From the human T2T-CHM13v2.0 reference genome, Homo sapiens, in the NCBI RefSeq assembly GCF_009914755.1, contig NC_060934.1: DNA of 64,000 bases; one strand, written 5' to 3'. Shown piece by piece: positions 17,228-28,870 of this stretch. Under the pieces are notes generated by a model. It had not been told where the DNA came from and searched no databases. It saw only the letters and a list, made by a program, of their open reading frames with translations. Every line of letters begins with the position of its first letter. Position 1 is the first letter of the stretch. The position numbers and the translations under genes are program-made.

Positions 17228-17846
17228 TAGCTGGAATGATATGGAAGATTTCCAAATCCAGAAGACTCAAAGACTCATTCTCCTTTCCTAATTTCCAATG
17301 AAATGCACATTTTGGGTCACTGGTGACTTACACAAGCTGATAAAATATCATCTCTTTCTGAACAGCTGTCCTGTCAGCTCCAGATAGTTGCTAAAGTGCT
17401 AGTAACAATAAAACATTGCAACATCACAAAGACTCACTCCGTCTATTTGACCAGGATGTCACGTACAGCACTGAGAAAGAATATCTTCTGTCAGAGGCCC
17501 ACCCACGGCCTTCCCTGCAGACTTGGTGGGGGGAGTGCCATTGTGCAGGCATGGAGCTCCGTACCCTCCACACCCAACTTGCTCACACTTAAGCAGTTCT
17601 TCACATCAGCCTGGCTAGCTGGCTCCAGGCCTCCAAAAATGAGAGGGAGAATAAAAGGGTAACTGGTCAAAAGCAATTTCTCTTTCCAGGCACTTCATTC
17701 CTTTTGCATTTCAATAGTTGCTGTAATGAAAGAAGAAGGAGGGGAGTTTCTCCACTAAGTGTGGGAGAAAATGAAGGGAACCGCATGAGGAAAAGAAATA
17801 GGAAGGCACAAAAATCTTTATGATTTGACAAATATAAATTATTCTA

Positions 17847-18171
<325 letters not shown>

Positions 18172-18189
18172 AAATAACACTTATCATCA

Positions 18190-18400
18190 AGTATTTACTA
18201 TACAACAGGCACTGGGTGTGCATTATTTCATTTACTTCCAATACAAGTTGCCCTATGAGGTAGACATTTTATTTCCCTTTTACAGTTGAGGAAAGTCAAG
18301 CTTTCAGCCCCAGTTGCACAAGTGGTAACCAAAAAAGGCAAGGTTTGAGACCAGGCCATCTGATCCCTAGGCCTGCCTCTTATAGGCTGTAATACCTCTG
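18190..18400 (-). mobile_element. MIR
   Basis: ccctatgaggtag...ttttacagttgaggaaagtcaag. Confidence 0.65.
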
Positions 18401-18829
18401 CTATGACAGCCAGACAGAGGCACATGAGGACAGCTTCTAGCCCAGCAAACATCTTAAGAGCAAGAGAAATATGTTCCATGTCACCTTTCATAATTACCTA
18501 CCATTACATTTTAGGATGCCCATCTTTCTTTTCACTGGCTTCTTCTCTAGTGCAGAGAGCAAGGACTAGCTCAAGGGCTGTCAGGTGGCACAGGAAATCA
18601 AACATTGGTCCTAAGTGGCGAGCACCTGGCCAAGTCAGGCCAGACAAAGGCCAACCACATTTTCTTTTTAATAAGGGTATTAGTCTGCTCAATCAGGAGA
18701 CATGGTGTATCTGATGTTCAGCAAGATATTTGACCAAGTCTTTTAGGATACTCTGGTGGGCAGGATGGAGAAATGCAGAGATTGGCAATTGTGACAAGTT
18801 GTCTTCCCCACAAACTGCTGAGGAATGGG

Positions 18830-19380
18830 CTGGTGTCAGTCTCAGACATTGCTCTCCAGACTTTTTATCAACATTCCAGACAATCTAAACTCTCACAGGT
18901 GCTCCCCATTCCCCTCTGAGGAGTTGAGCCCCTTCTCCTGGCATCTCGCTCTGCCAGTCCCATTCATACATACCCACCGCCCCTCCCCCAGGCTGTGCTT
19001 TCTTTTGTCTCTGGTCCTTGGATCATGGGATTGCCCCACCTGGAACACTCTTCTTTCACTAATGCCACATCTCTTGCATCTCAGCTTAGAGGTCACTTCC
19101 ACAAAGCAGCTTTCTCTGACCACCACCCTCAAAACTGGACAAGATGTTCACCCCGGGTCACCCTTCCACGTGTGCACCCAAACATGCACACCACTCATCA
19201 TCACAGGTACTGTTCATGTTGTTGGTAACTGGTTTGTATTCGTCATTCGACTATAAATTCCATGACAGAAGGGATATGACTACCTTGCTCACCATTTTAT
19301 CTCCGATATCCAGTACCATGATTGGCATATTATAGCAGGTTTTCAGTAAATGTTTGTGGAATGAATAATTGAATAAAATC
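18830..19380 (+). mobile_element. L2 fragment
   Basis: cacctggaacactctt...tctcagcttagaggtcacttcc...gactataaattccatgacagaaggg...aaatgtttgtggaatgaat. Confidence 0.65.
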
Positions 19381-19399
19381 AAGTAACCTCGGACTAATG

Positions 19400-20170
19400 A
19401 CAAAATCAGCATTTTAAAAAGGTGTCAATAGTCTAGGACAGTGGGGTGACTCCAGCAAGATTAACTGGGATCAATGTTAAATAAAACACATGAGTTTAAA
19501 AAAAAATCATCAACTCAAATACTAGGTGGGAGACATATGATTGTAGCAACACTTGTGAAAAGACATGGGATTTTTAATTGTGAGTTGAATGTCATTGGTC
19601 CACTCAAAATGATAATGTAATTTTTGTATTTATGGTTAGGCACAAAGTATCTTAGAAGTAATGAATTTTGAACCAGTCAAACCACACTGAGTACTGGTTC
19701 TGTTCCAGTTGCTATATTTTAATATAAAAGATGACAAAACAGACTGCATGCAAAGCAAAACAATCACAAAGAAGACAATATTAAAAACCAAGTTATACAA
19801 AAAATGGCCAAAGGATCTTGGATTGTTCAACCTCGACAAAAGAATGTTTAGCTAGAAGGCATGATCACAGTCATGTGGAAGGCCAATTAGACTTGTTCTG
19901 TATCTGTTTTGAAAGTAGGCCCAGCACTGGGTAGAAGGTACAGGTGTGGAGGAGAGATTTCCAGCCCAGTATAGAGCTAATCGTATGGGATGAGAGTTGT
20001 TAGGAAGTGGACAGGGGAAAGGGGATTGGCGTGGTTGGGAGCATCCCAAGAAGTCTTCAAAGAGAGTAGTCTTCAACTAAATGGATGCCTACTTGGCAGG
20101 GATATTATATTGGGGATTTTAAGAAACAAATGCAGATTTAGACTTGACAGACTCCACAAAGACCCTTTCA
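19400..20170 (+). mobile_element. L3/CR1 fragment
   Basis: cagtcaaaccacactgagtactggttc...aaggatcttggattgttcaacctcgacaaaag. Confidence 0.55.
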
Positions 20171-20489
20171 GATAATTCAGGAAATAATCTGCAGGCCTCG
20201 TGTTGTTGCATTTCAGTGACATCCTCAAATTTGCATGACGGAGCCAAGGCAGCCACATTACTCGATCCCACTAACCCTGAGCTGTTTCAGATCTGTGTTG
20301 TTGTATTTCACCTCTTGACTTGAAGCCTTATAAACTAGAACTCAGGAGACCTGGTTTTAGTCCTGAAGTCCAGAGGATAACTTGTTACTGATTAGCTGAG
20401 GGCTTATCATTGTGTTTAAGCTCAACTTCTACAGCTGTAAAATAAGGAAGTTTGGACCCATTTGTTCACTTAGTTCTTGCCATATACAC

Positions 20490-20680
20490 GTTTTAAAGCA
20501 TTAATGTTTCTCAGACCTGGTCCTAGGACCACAGCATCAGAATCACCAAGGGATACTATTGAGTATATCGATTCCTAGGCTCCATGCTAGAATCTGTGAG
20601 TAGAACCCAAAAGTATACATTTTTAATAAAACACCATCAATCACTAATAGGCACACTGAAGATCTAGAAATGATTTAAAA
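20490..20680. mobile_element. MER5B-like MITE
   Basis: gtttctcagacctggtcc...gcatcagaatcacc...catttttaataaa. Confidence 0.55.
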
Positions 20681-23600
20681 GGGTCTGTGTTCCTTTAAGA
20701 TCAGCACAGCAGATAGGCAGAATTCAGGCATAGAGAGGTTAACTTGGTGGCCCACATCTCTTGGTAAAATTGTTCCTAGAAGAAAATAATCAGGACATCT
20801 CCTGTTCTCTTTGAGGACCTGAAAACTGAAATCAGGTGGGTGGAGAACTAGAATAGTCTCCAAGACATCTCTAGTATGGCTGGAGAAGACTCAAACCCTG
20901 TCTGGTGAGGAGAGAACCAGAGCTTTATAACAATAGGCAGCCACACACTCTCCAACTCTCCACAGCAGGTGAGGACAACAGCAGGCACAACTCCACAGCA
21001 GGTGAGGACAAAATAGCAGGCAAAGCTGCCAGACTGTAGAGAAAAGTGTAGGGCAAGGCCTGGCAAGAAGCTCTCACTCCACACATTTATCCCTTGGGAG
21101 AAAGATGAATCAGGGGTTGAAAAACTGGGCAAATTAAAAAGCAAGGGATGCTCTTAATTAACTGAAAACCATGCTCCACCAGGCTCAGGAAAGCAAGCGT
21201 TTCAGATCACGGAGCGATGACTCTATCACAGTTGTAATCATTACACAGAATATTTAGCCCTGCAAAATATTTTTGTCTCTCAATTTCGAGGTCCCAGAGA
21301 ACTGTTTTCTCAAACTTGCCATGAAATTTCCTTGGTTTGAAGACCGAGTAAAATTAATAGAGTTCTTTATTTTAATTGGTGAAGAGGAGTCTGTATTTAA
21401 AAGCCCTTTGGCTACAGACCCCAAGTAGATGTTAGACTATCACCACTCACAAGTCCATTTTCTCACATATAATTCCACTGAGGTTTTCCTGAAACTGAGA
21501 CTCATTAGCAAAAGTTTTTTTCTTAATCTCTGTTTGAAATGCACATGACATTGCTGGTTATAAAAATTCTGGTTTTGTCCTATAGCTTCTTATCTAGGCA
21601 AGCGCCCTAAAATAACAGAAGTTTCACTAAGTCAGCGGCTTGCATAAGCCTCACTGTCTGATATTTAAGCTGAAATGTCCCAGATGCTGGCACATTCAAT
21701 ATTTATACATTTAGCAACTACCTCAAACTCCTGCCCAATCCCTCCACAAAAACAAATCCATGGATGCTCATCATAAATAGAAGTATTGCCTAATAGAGAG
21801 GTTTCCAACTGTTTCGATGAGGCATATTGAAAAGGTTAAGACCACAGATTTGCCCATGAGCATGCCAAACATTTGGGTCTTGCACGAACCAGAACAACTT
21901 TTGATGTCCCTCTCCTCTTAAAAATTACAGAAAGGCTTTATTTCTAAGTCATGAGCACTAGTCAATCACAAAGTCATACACACTGAAACCTCCAATAGCA
22001 TCTCCTTAAATGACACCTTCTGTCTCTCGGCTCTAAAGTCACTTAGGTGCCTTTATCAAATCAGCTACAAAGCAAATAAATCCTGTGAAGAAAATATTAC
22101 TAATGCTGAAAAGAATAAAAACTAAAGCTTGCCTATGAAGAAAGTTAATTTCATATTCCTATCAGAGAGTCATCCAGTAATACTTCTGGAAAAATAAAAA
22201 GTACCTTACCCAGAAACAGTTGAATTAGCAGATGGATTTTGACAGGACCTGCATAATTAAAGTTTCCACTGCAGCTTTAGAAACTCCTGTTCTGAAACCC
22301 ATTTTGTCAGCCAATGCTAAAGAATGTTTTTTTGGCTCTGGAATATAAAATCCAAATAGTCCCAGAGGAGAAGCTGCCTCTCAGCCTGGACACCCTCAAG
22401 AACTGCCTTTCAAAGAACAACTCTTTCCCCTGGAAATGGATCTTGACATTGACATTGTCATGTTAATTGGCCAAATTCAAACACAAGTCATCTCTTGAAC
22501 TAGCAATTGGAAGACCTTTGGGTAGTCTGTTTTAAAACTTTTTCCTAAAGGAAAAGAGACATGCTAGTAAAAAGTCAGCCTTGGCATGCTAGTCCCTAAT
22601 AATTAAGGACCCAAGACCAAAATGCTGTTTGTTAGCTGCTGCTGGCCAAGAAAGCCTTCTTCTTTCCACATATTCTCCACTGGGCAGTACGAACATGCAC
22701 TCAGACCTCAAAACCCAATATAATAATAAATGGTTAGACGTGGTATGAATAAATTGTCACCTACATATGTCTAAAACCTTGTATCAACCAACAGTTTTAC
22801 TCTTCTTCTGAAGCAAATTTTGTTCCATTTTAATACACACCTATTCACAAGGAACAGAAATAAGCATTTAAAGGTGGGGCAATGAGGGTCTCACAGCTCC
22901 AGATCCATGGCCTCCATACAAAGCAACCAACTAAGGGGACTGGGGAAATGCAGAATACAAAGCTCGTGATGGATAAAAGATGCAATATCCCCAACTAAAA
23001 TCTTCTCACCTACCAAAAATAAAAATAAAAACAAAAAACAAAAAAAAACAGTAAACAGCATTCTTGAGATGGGATTTTGATTTCTGGGCCTGAAGGTAAG
23101 ATGTCAGTCATGTTGCCAAAACCAGTGCTATTTCTGAGTCATTCTGTTCCTGGGTCTGGAAATGACCATGGCAGAGTTCAAAGAAGGATGACTTAGTTTC
23201 TAGGACTCCATAATTGGAAACCATAAGGCCCTGTCTCACCAATTACTAACCAAGAAATATTTTTGACACATCGTTTCTGCCTGGTTCAGATCTACTACTG
23301 AGGACATATCCTTAAACTTGATTAAAAGAAATGAATGGCACAATTGGAAAGCATAACTAGAAATAAATGCTCCATATGTAAGAAAAATGTAGATTTTACA
23401 TACCTGAAGACATGTAAATGTTGGCTGTATTACAGTTTCTGTAAAACTCCTCCCACTGATTTGAAACCCTCAAGCATCAGTTCAGAGGAGTCACTGACAG
23501 AGTCTCTTGCCCAACTGGTTGCAGGAACCTAATACTGGCAAATGTGCAGTGTGCAGCACGTATGTCTCTGCTTTAGAAATCAGGCTGTGCGGGGCCACTG

Positions 23601-23922
23601 GTGTTGTGAAATAAGTCTTCCATCTTAGGAGTGAAACTAAAGGCTCGATCTGTTTGTATCTGAGAGCTGGAAAAACCCAGGAAATGGACTCCCTCTTTAG
23701 AAATGAGCAATGAGCAAAATTAAGATGTAAATTAAATGGCCTGGAAGTCAATGCTGGCTTACCTTGGGGAAGCTGATGGTGCTCTGTAACCAAGTCCTAA
23801 ATAGCAGATGCTTTGGGCATTCCCAAGAGGGTGGCCACTTAGGCCCCTGGGAGGGTTGGGCACACCATAGCACTGCCTCCTGGTAGAACTGAAGACCCAG
23901 AAAGAAAGAAACAAAGAAAAGT

Positions 23923-24820
23923 TGAAGGAAATCAGAATATGCCATCCCAAAAGATGCCAATTTGGCATATTAGGTATTTTGAGCTGAAGGCAACTAAAAA
24001 ACAGCAGATGCAAGAATGACTCTTTGGCCTTTCCCTTTTTACCTAAAGAAAGAACTAAACTTCCCATGACAATGGTGCCTTCTCTTTTGCCAAAAAGAGG
24101 AAAACATTCTTATTATGGGGTGAGGGATGGAATGGGATTAATCTGTATAAACAAACCTACCAAAATAACCCTTATGTTCCATTAGTTCCTCCATTATTTC
24201 CTCATCACTTTCTCACAATTTGCCACCCCTAGCCCAAATCCCTTTTTCCTTTGTCTTGTCAGATCTTCATAATTCACTTTTTTTTAATTAAAATTGTAAA
24301 TAAGCTTTCAGACCTATCTCTTTTTTTGGATCTTTATTTCCTTTTTTCTTTTCTTTCCTTTTTTTTTTTTTCCACAGGGTCTCACTCTGTTGCCCAAGCT
24401 GAGCACATTGGTATGATCACAACTCACTGCCACCTCCGCCTCCTGGGCTCAAGCAATTCTCCTGTCTCAGCCTCCCAGGTAGCTGAGACCACAGGCATGC
24501 ACCACCATGTCCAACTAATTTTTTATTTTTTGTAGTGACAAGGTCTCACTGTGTCACCCAGGCTGGTCTTGAACTCCTGGACTCAAGAGATCCTCCTGCC
24601 ACCCACCTCTGACCTCCCATCTCCCAAAGTGCTGGGATTACAGGTGTGGGCCACTGCTCTCGGCCGGAACTTCATTTCCTATATATAAATGCATGTAAAA
24701 ATATTAACATCAAATAAAGTTTGTATGCTTTTCTCCTGTTAATCTGTCTTTTGTAAGTTTAATTCTCAGGCCCAACCACAGAACCTCAGAGGGTAAAGGA
24801 GAAATCTTTTCCCCCATACA
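23923..24820 (+). mobile_element. MER34-family (ERV1) solo LTR interrupted by an Alu
   Basis: TG...CA termini (tgaaggaaatcagaatatgcc ... ttttcccccataca), aataaa near the 3' end, 4-bp TSD aagt/aggt. Confidence 0.8.
24342..24666 (-). mobile_element. AluJ within the MER34 LTR
   Basis: Antisense Alu, degenerate TSD ggatctttatttcc/ggaacttcatttcc. Confidence 0.9.
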
Positions 24821-25055
24821 AGGTCTTCAGGGTCTGGGAAGGCCATAGAAGTAGCTTGATACAAAAGTGTTTACAATGGAGAGAATACATTGTATTCTGG
24901 GCTGGGTATAATGTAACTGATGTGGAAACACAAATATAAATATATAACCCCACCTTGGCAGTGGTTTTATGCATAGTTGGAAGAAACCAGTAGTTCTCAA
25001 GAGCTGGTCCCATTTTAAAAATTATCCCCCCCTATCTTATCACCCTATGCCACTA

Positions 25056-25059
<4 letters not shown>

Positions 25060-25094
<35 letters not shown>
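25060..25094 (+). repeat. (CA)n microsatellite
   Basis: Directly visible. Confidence 0.95.
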
Positions 25095-25097
<3 letters not shown>

Positions 25098-26849
25098 AAA
25101 TCAGGTTGAAGAACCATAGGGACATCCTTATTCTGAAGCCTTCAGAGAACACTTAATCCTATCCGCTAATGTGACCAAAGAGAATATTGAGGTTAGAGAC
25201 ATACTGTGACTTAGCCAAGGTCTAGGCAGGACTACAGTCCAGGCACCCAGTCTCCTAATCCAGTACTCTCTCCTCTACACTAGCTAAAATGTGTGAAGGT
25301 GCTTAACCACAGCAATAGACATTGTAATAGCCATCCTCTCAACCTTTCACTTATAGGACACATGTTCACTAGCCAAGCATTTTAGTGGCTTCATCTCTCC
25401 TTAGGCATGGCTCCAGTCTTCACTCCATTCTCCCCACACCCTCACTTCTAGTCTAAGAAGCCTAAGGTGTCTCCGCCCATTTCATCAAAGCCACAGAAAC
25501 TTAAAACTGAGTGGCCCAGGAATGGCAGAGTCTAGTAGGGCTGGAGCACTCTGTTTATCAGAGGGAAGAGAGAACTACTGGAGGCCAATGGAAATGGAAG
25601 ATATTTTGAAGATAGATTGCAATGGGTCTCGAATATCCTGCTGAGAGATAGAGAATAAAAAAGGCTACGAACCTTTTTAATGGATGGCCCCAGCCTGCTC
25701 GAAGATGACTGATTCATTATGATAGTTGTATTTGTTTCTTTCTCTATTTAATGTTTGTGATCCCGCTAGAGTGGATGCTCTTTGAAGGCAGGAACAATGA
25801 CTCTCATGCTCAACTCCACATCCCCAGTGGATAGCAAAATGCCTGACACACACAAGTCCTCCAAAGCTATCTGTTGACTGAAGGAATACACACAAAACTA
25901 CAGACATACAACTCCCCTTACATTTGTTATTGTGAACTCTCTTGGTCAGTGGCCAACATTTATATTTTGGGAAGTAAAGATAACCCAGTTGTCACTCCCT
26001 TGGTAGTTTGTCCCCACCAGTTACAAAGATGGAGGGAGAGAGTTAGCCAATATCAGGATAGAACAATGGCCTGGAAGTGAAGAAACTTCTCTGGCTGGCT
26101 CAGTCTCTGACTCACACATGACCAAGGACAAATCATTTAACCTCCTCTTGCCTTGTTTTTACTGTATGCAAAATAGAGCCGATAACAATACAAGCCTCCT
26201 CCTTCCCTCTGAGGGATATTCTGAGAATTGGAGAGATGCTATCTTAGAAGTGATTAGAGCTCCTAAGAACTGGGCTTTCAATACAGAAGCAGTGTTGTTC
26301 TCAGGCTGTGCTACAGCTGTTGTTTTTCATTATGAAAGGTAATATTGTAAGGCCTTGTTGGCAACAATAGGAAACTGTTGCTATGTGTTGACACAATGAT
26401 ACAACAAGCAGGAGGGCAGGCACCTTAAAAGTTTAATGGTTCTGATTTCATTCATTGAATTCCTTCTTCCTCACCTCAAACCTCAATCTCCATTATTCTT
26501 TATGGATAGGTGTTTTTAAATTTTTTTCTTTCTGACTTTCCTCAGCTGCCAGGACATCTGGAGAAAAAGCTGGTCCAAGACATAAGTATATTTTTCCTAA
26601 TTGAATCATAGAACCATGGGGGGAACGTGCTTCGTAAGGAGTCACTTAGTTCATTCAATTCGACAAACTATTTCTGAGGATTTTCTGTAAAAGGACATAT
26701 ATAAAGATGAATAAAAGCTGTGACCATATTTTCGGAAGAGATGTATGGTCTGACAGGCACGGGTGTACTTATATGAGCAGTAAGACAGGAAAAAAAAGTC
26801 ACTTCCCTGGAAAATCATGATCATATAGAGGTTGTACATATTAAACATG

Positions 26850-27500
26850 GTTTCAGCTTTTGCAGGAGCTCACAGGCAGTGCCAGAAACAGATACAAACT
26901 CTTCACTACAAAACAAGGCAAGCTGTAAATGACTTAGAAGTAAACTTGCCTGGGAGTACAGAGGAGAGAATTTATAATTCTGACTCTGAGGATTAGGAAG
27001 AGACATTCAGAAGAGGGAACATTTAAGCTCAGCAAGGATAAGTCTCTCAACAATGAGAACAGTGTGTGCAAAGCCACGGAAACATAAAACGGAGTCAGAA
27101 GGGATGGTCATCAGAGTCCAGGGGGCTGGAGTACTGTGCACTTTGGGGAGGGTTGGATGGGGTTAGAGATGGAAGGGATTTGAGAGACAACTTGTAAAGA
27201 GACAAAAGTATCAACACTTGCTGAGAGGGTGGGAATTCATACTAGCAATAAAAGGCATCATAAATGTTGAGTTGGACAGGACGATACAACTTGTGCTTTG
27301 GAAATGATAGCTCCTAGAATCTGGGAGACGATGTGGATGACTACTGCAATAATTCAGAAAGCAGATGCTGAGGCTTGAACTAGCCTTCAAGATATGGAAG
27401 AGAGGAGACAGGGTTTAATCAACTATGAACAAACAGGATGAGGTTCTCGAAGCAGAGGAGGAGTGGAAAGTGATGCTTGGAAGAACTGTGGTCTAACTAT
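26850..27500 (-). mobile_element. L2 fragment(s)
   Basis: acatttaagctc...gaacagtgtgtgcaaag...ggctggagt...gactactgcaataattcag...gcttgaactag. Confidence 0.55.
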
Positions 27501-27746
27501 TCCATTATGTTTATGCTATCAGCCCAAATGGCACCTTCCTATGCCAAGACCTGTGGCCTGAAGTTGAACCACCTTCTGGGTTTTAGCATGAAATCCTTAC
27601 TTCCTCTAAAGCAAGAATTGGCTCCTGTTTAGATTGGAACACCATAACCAAGCCATGTTCATGGGGCCACAGAGTACAATGGCAGGAAAGAAAGTAGATG
27701 CATAAAAAAATGAAACAAATAAAGATAGAAGAAAATAAGAAAAGTT

Positions 27747-28040
27747 GGCCAGGTGCAGTGGCTCACGCCTGTAATCCCAAAACTTTGGGAGACCAAGGCA
27801 AGAGGACTGCTTGAGCCCAGGAGTTTGAAACCAGCCTAGACAACATGGTGAAACCCTGACTCTACAAAAATATACAAAAATTTGCTGGGTGTGGTGGTGT
27901 ATGCATGTAGTCCCAGCTACTCAAGAGGCTGAGGTAAGAGGATCACCTGAAAGATCAGGAAGTTGAGGCTGCAGTGAGCCATGATCATGCCACTGCACTC
28001 CATCACGGGCATCAAAGTGAGACCCTTTCTCAAGAAAAGA
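27747..28040 (+). mobile_element. AluJ
   Basis: Dimeric Alu with J-type motifs and a purine-rich tail. Confidence 0.92.
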
Positions 28041-28130
28041 AAGAGAGAGAGAGAAGGAAAGAAAGAAAGAAAGAAAGGAAGGAAGGAAGGAAGGAAGGAA
28101 GGAAGGAAGGAAGGAAGGAAGGGAAGAGAG
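28041..28130 (+). repeat. GA/GAAA/(GGAA)11 compound microsatellite
   Basis: 11 consecutive GGAA at 28077-28120. Confidence 0.95.
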
Positions 28131-28444
28131 ATGAATGACTGCCAATAATGATGTCTCACTCCGGGTGCTTTCTCCAGCTCTAGAGCTTAGAAAGTCATCT
28201 GAAAGAATATTCCCAGTCTCCACAGATGAGAGACAAGCAGCTATTGTTCTTGGCCTCTTTCAATACATTATAACTTTAGGGGACTAGTTTAGAGCAAAGA
28301 ACTCTGTAAAGACCATCACAATCTCTCTAACTTGGGATTGCCAATGATGTCAATTTTTACTGCAACGTTTGAAATGTCTCCATAATTAACTAACTCATTT
28401 TGCACATGGTTTGACTAGCCATTATGATTGTAAGATCTCCAAAT

Positions 28445-28870
28445 GCATTAATTCATTCAACATTCGACCAAGTTTATTATGTATATACCATACACTCAGC
28501 CCTGTGCTAGGCTTCAAAGAAACTGACGTGAACAAAACTAACAATCCCTGACTTCATGGAACTTATAGTCTAATAGGGGATACAGAGAAAATATTTTAAC
28601 ACCTAAACATTTTCATTACAATTTGGTCATGAAGGAATAGTATAGGCACCATGGAGCAACCAGATCTGGTCCCATCCATTTTCACAGACTTGAAGGATGG
28701 GTGGGAGTTTGCCAAGCAATAACTGGAAGAAAGTGGATTCCAGGTAGAGACAATAGTGATGTGAAGGCCTGAGATGGGCCTTCTGGAAGGACAATGTGGC
28801 TGGAGCCTTGAGAGCAAGTGGCAGAGTAGCTGGAAGTGAGTATGGAAACTCACAGAGGCAAGCCTTTTCC
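28445..28870 (-). mobile_element. L2 fragment
   Basis: cattaattcattcaacattc...cctgtgctaggc...ccctgacttcatggaacttatagtcta. Confidence 0.7.

Noticed and set aside
22228-22302. Short minus-strand ORF MGFRTGVSKAAVETLIMQVLSKSIC
   Set aside because: Only 25 codons, stops before the nearby donor, and no recognised homology.
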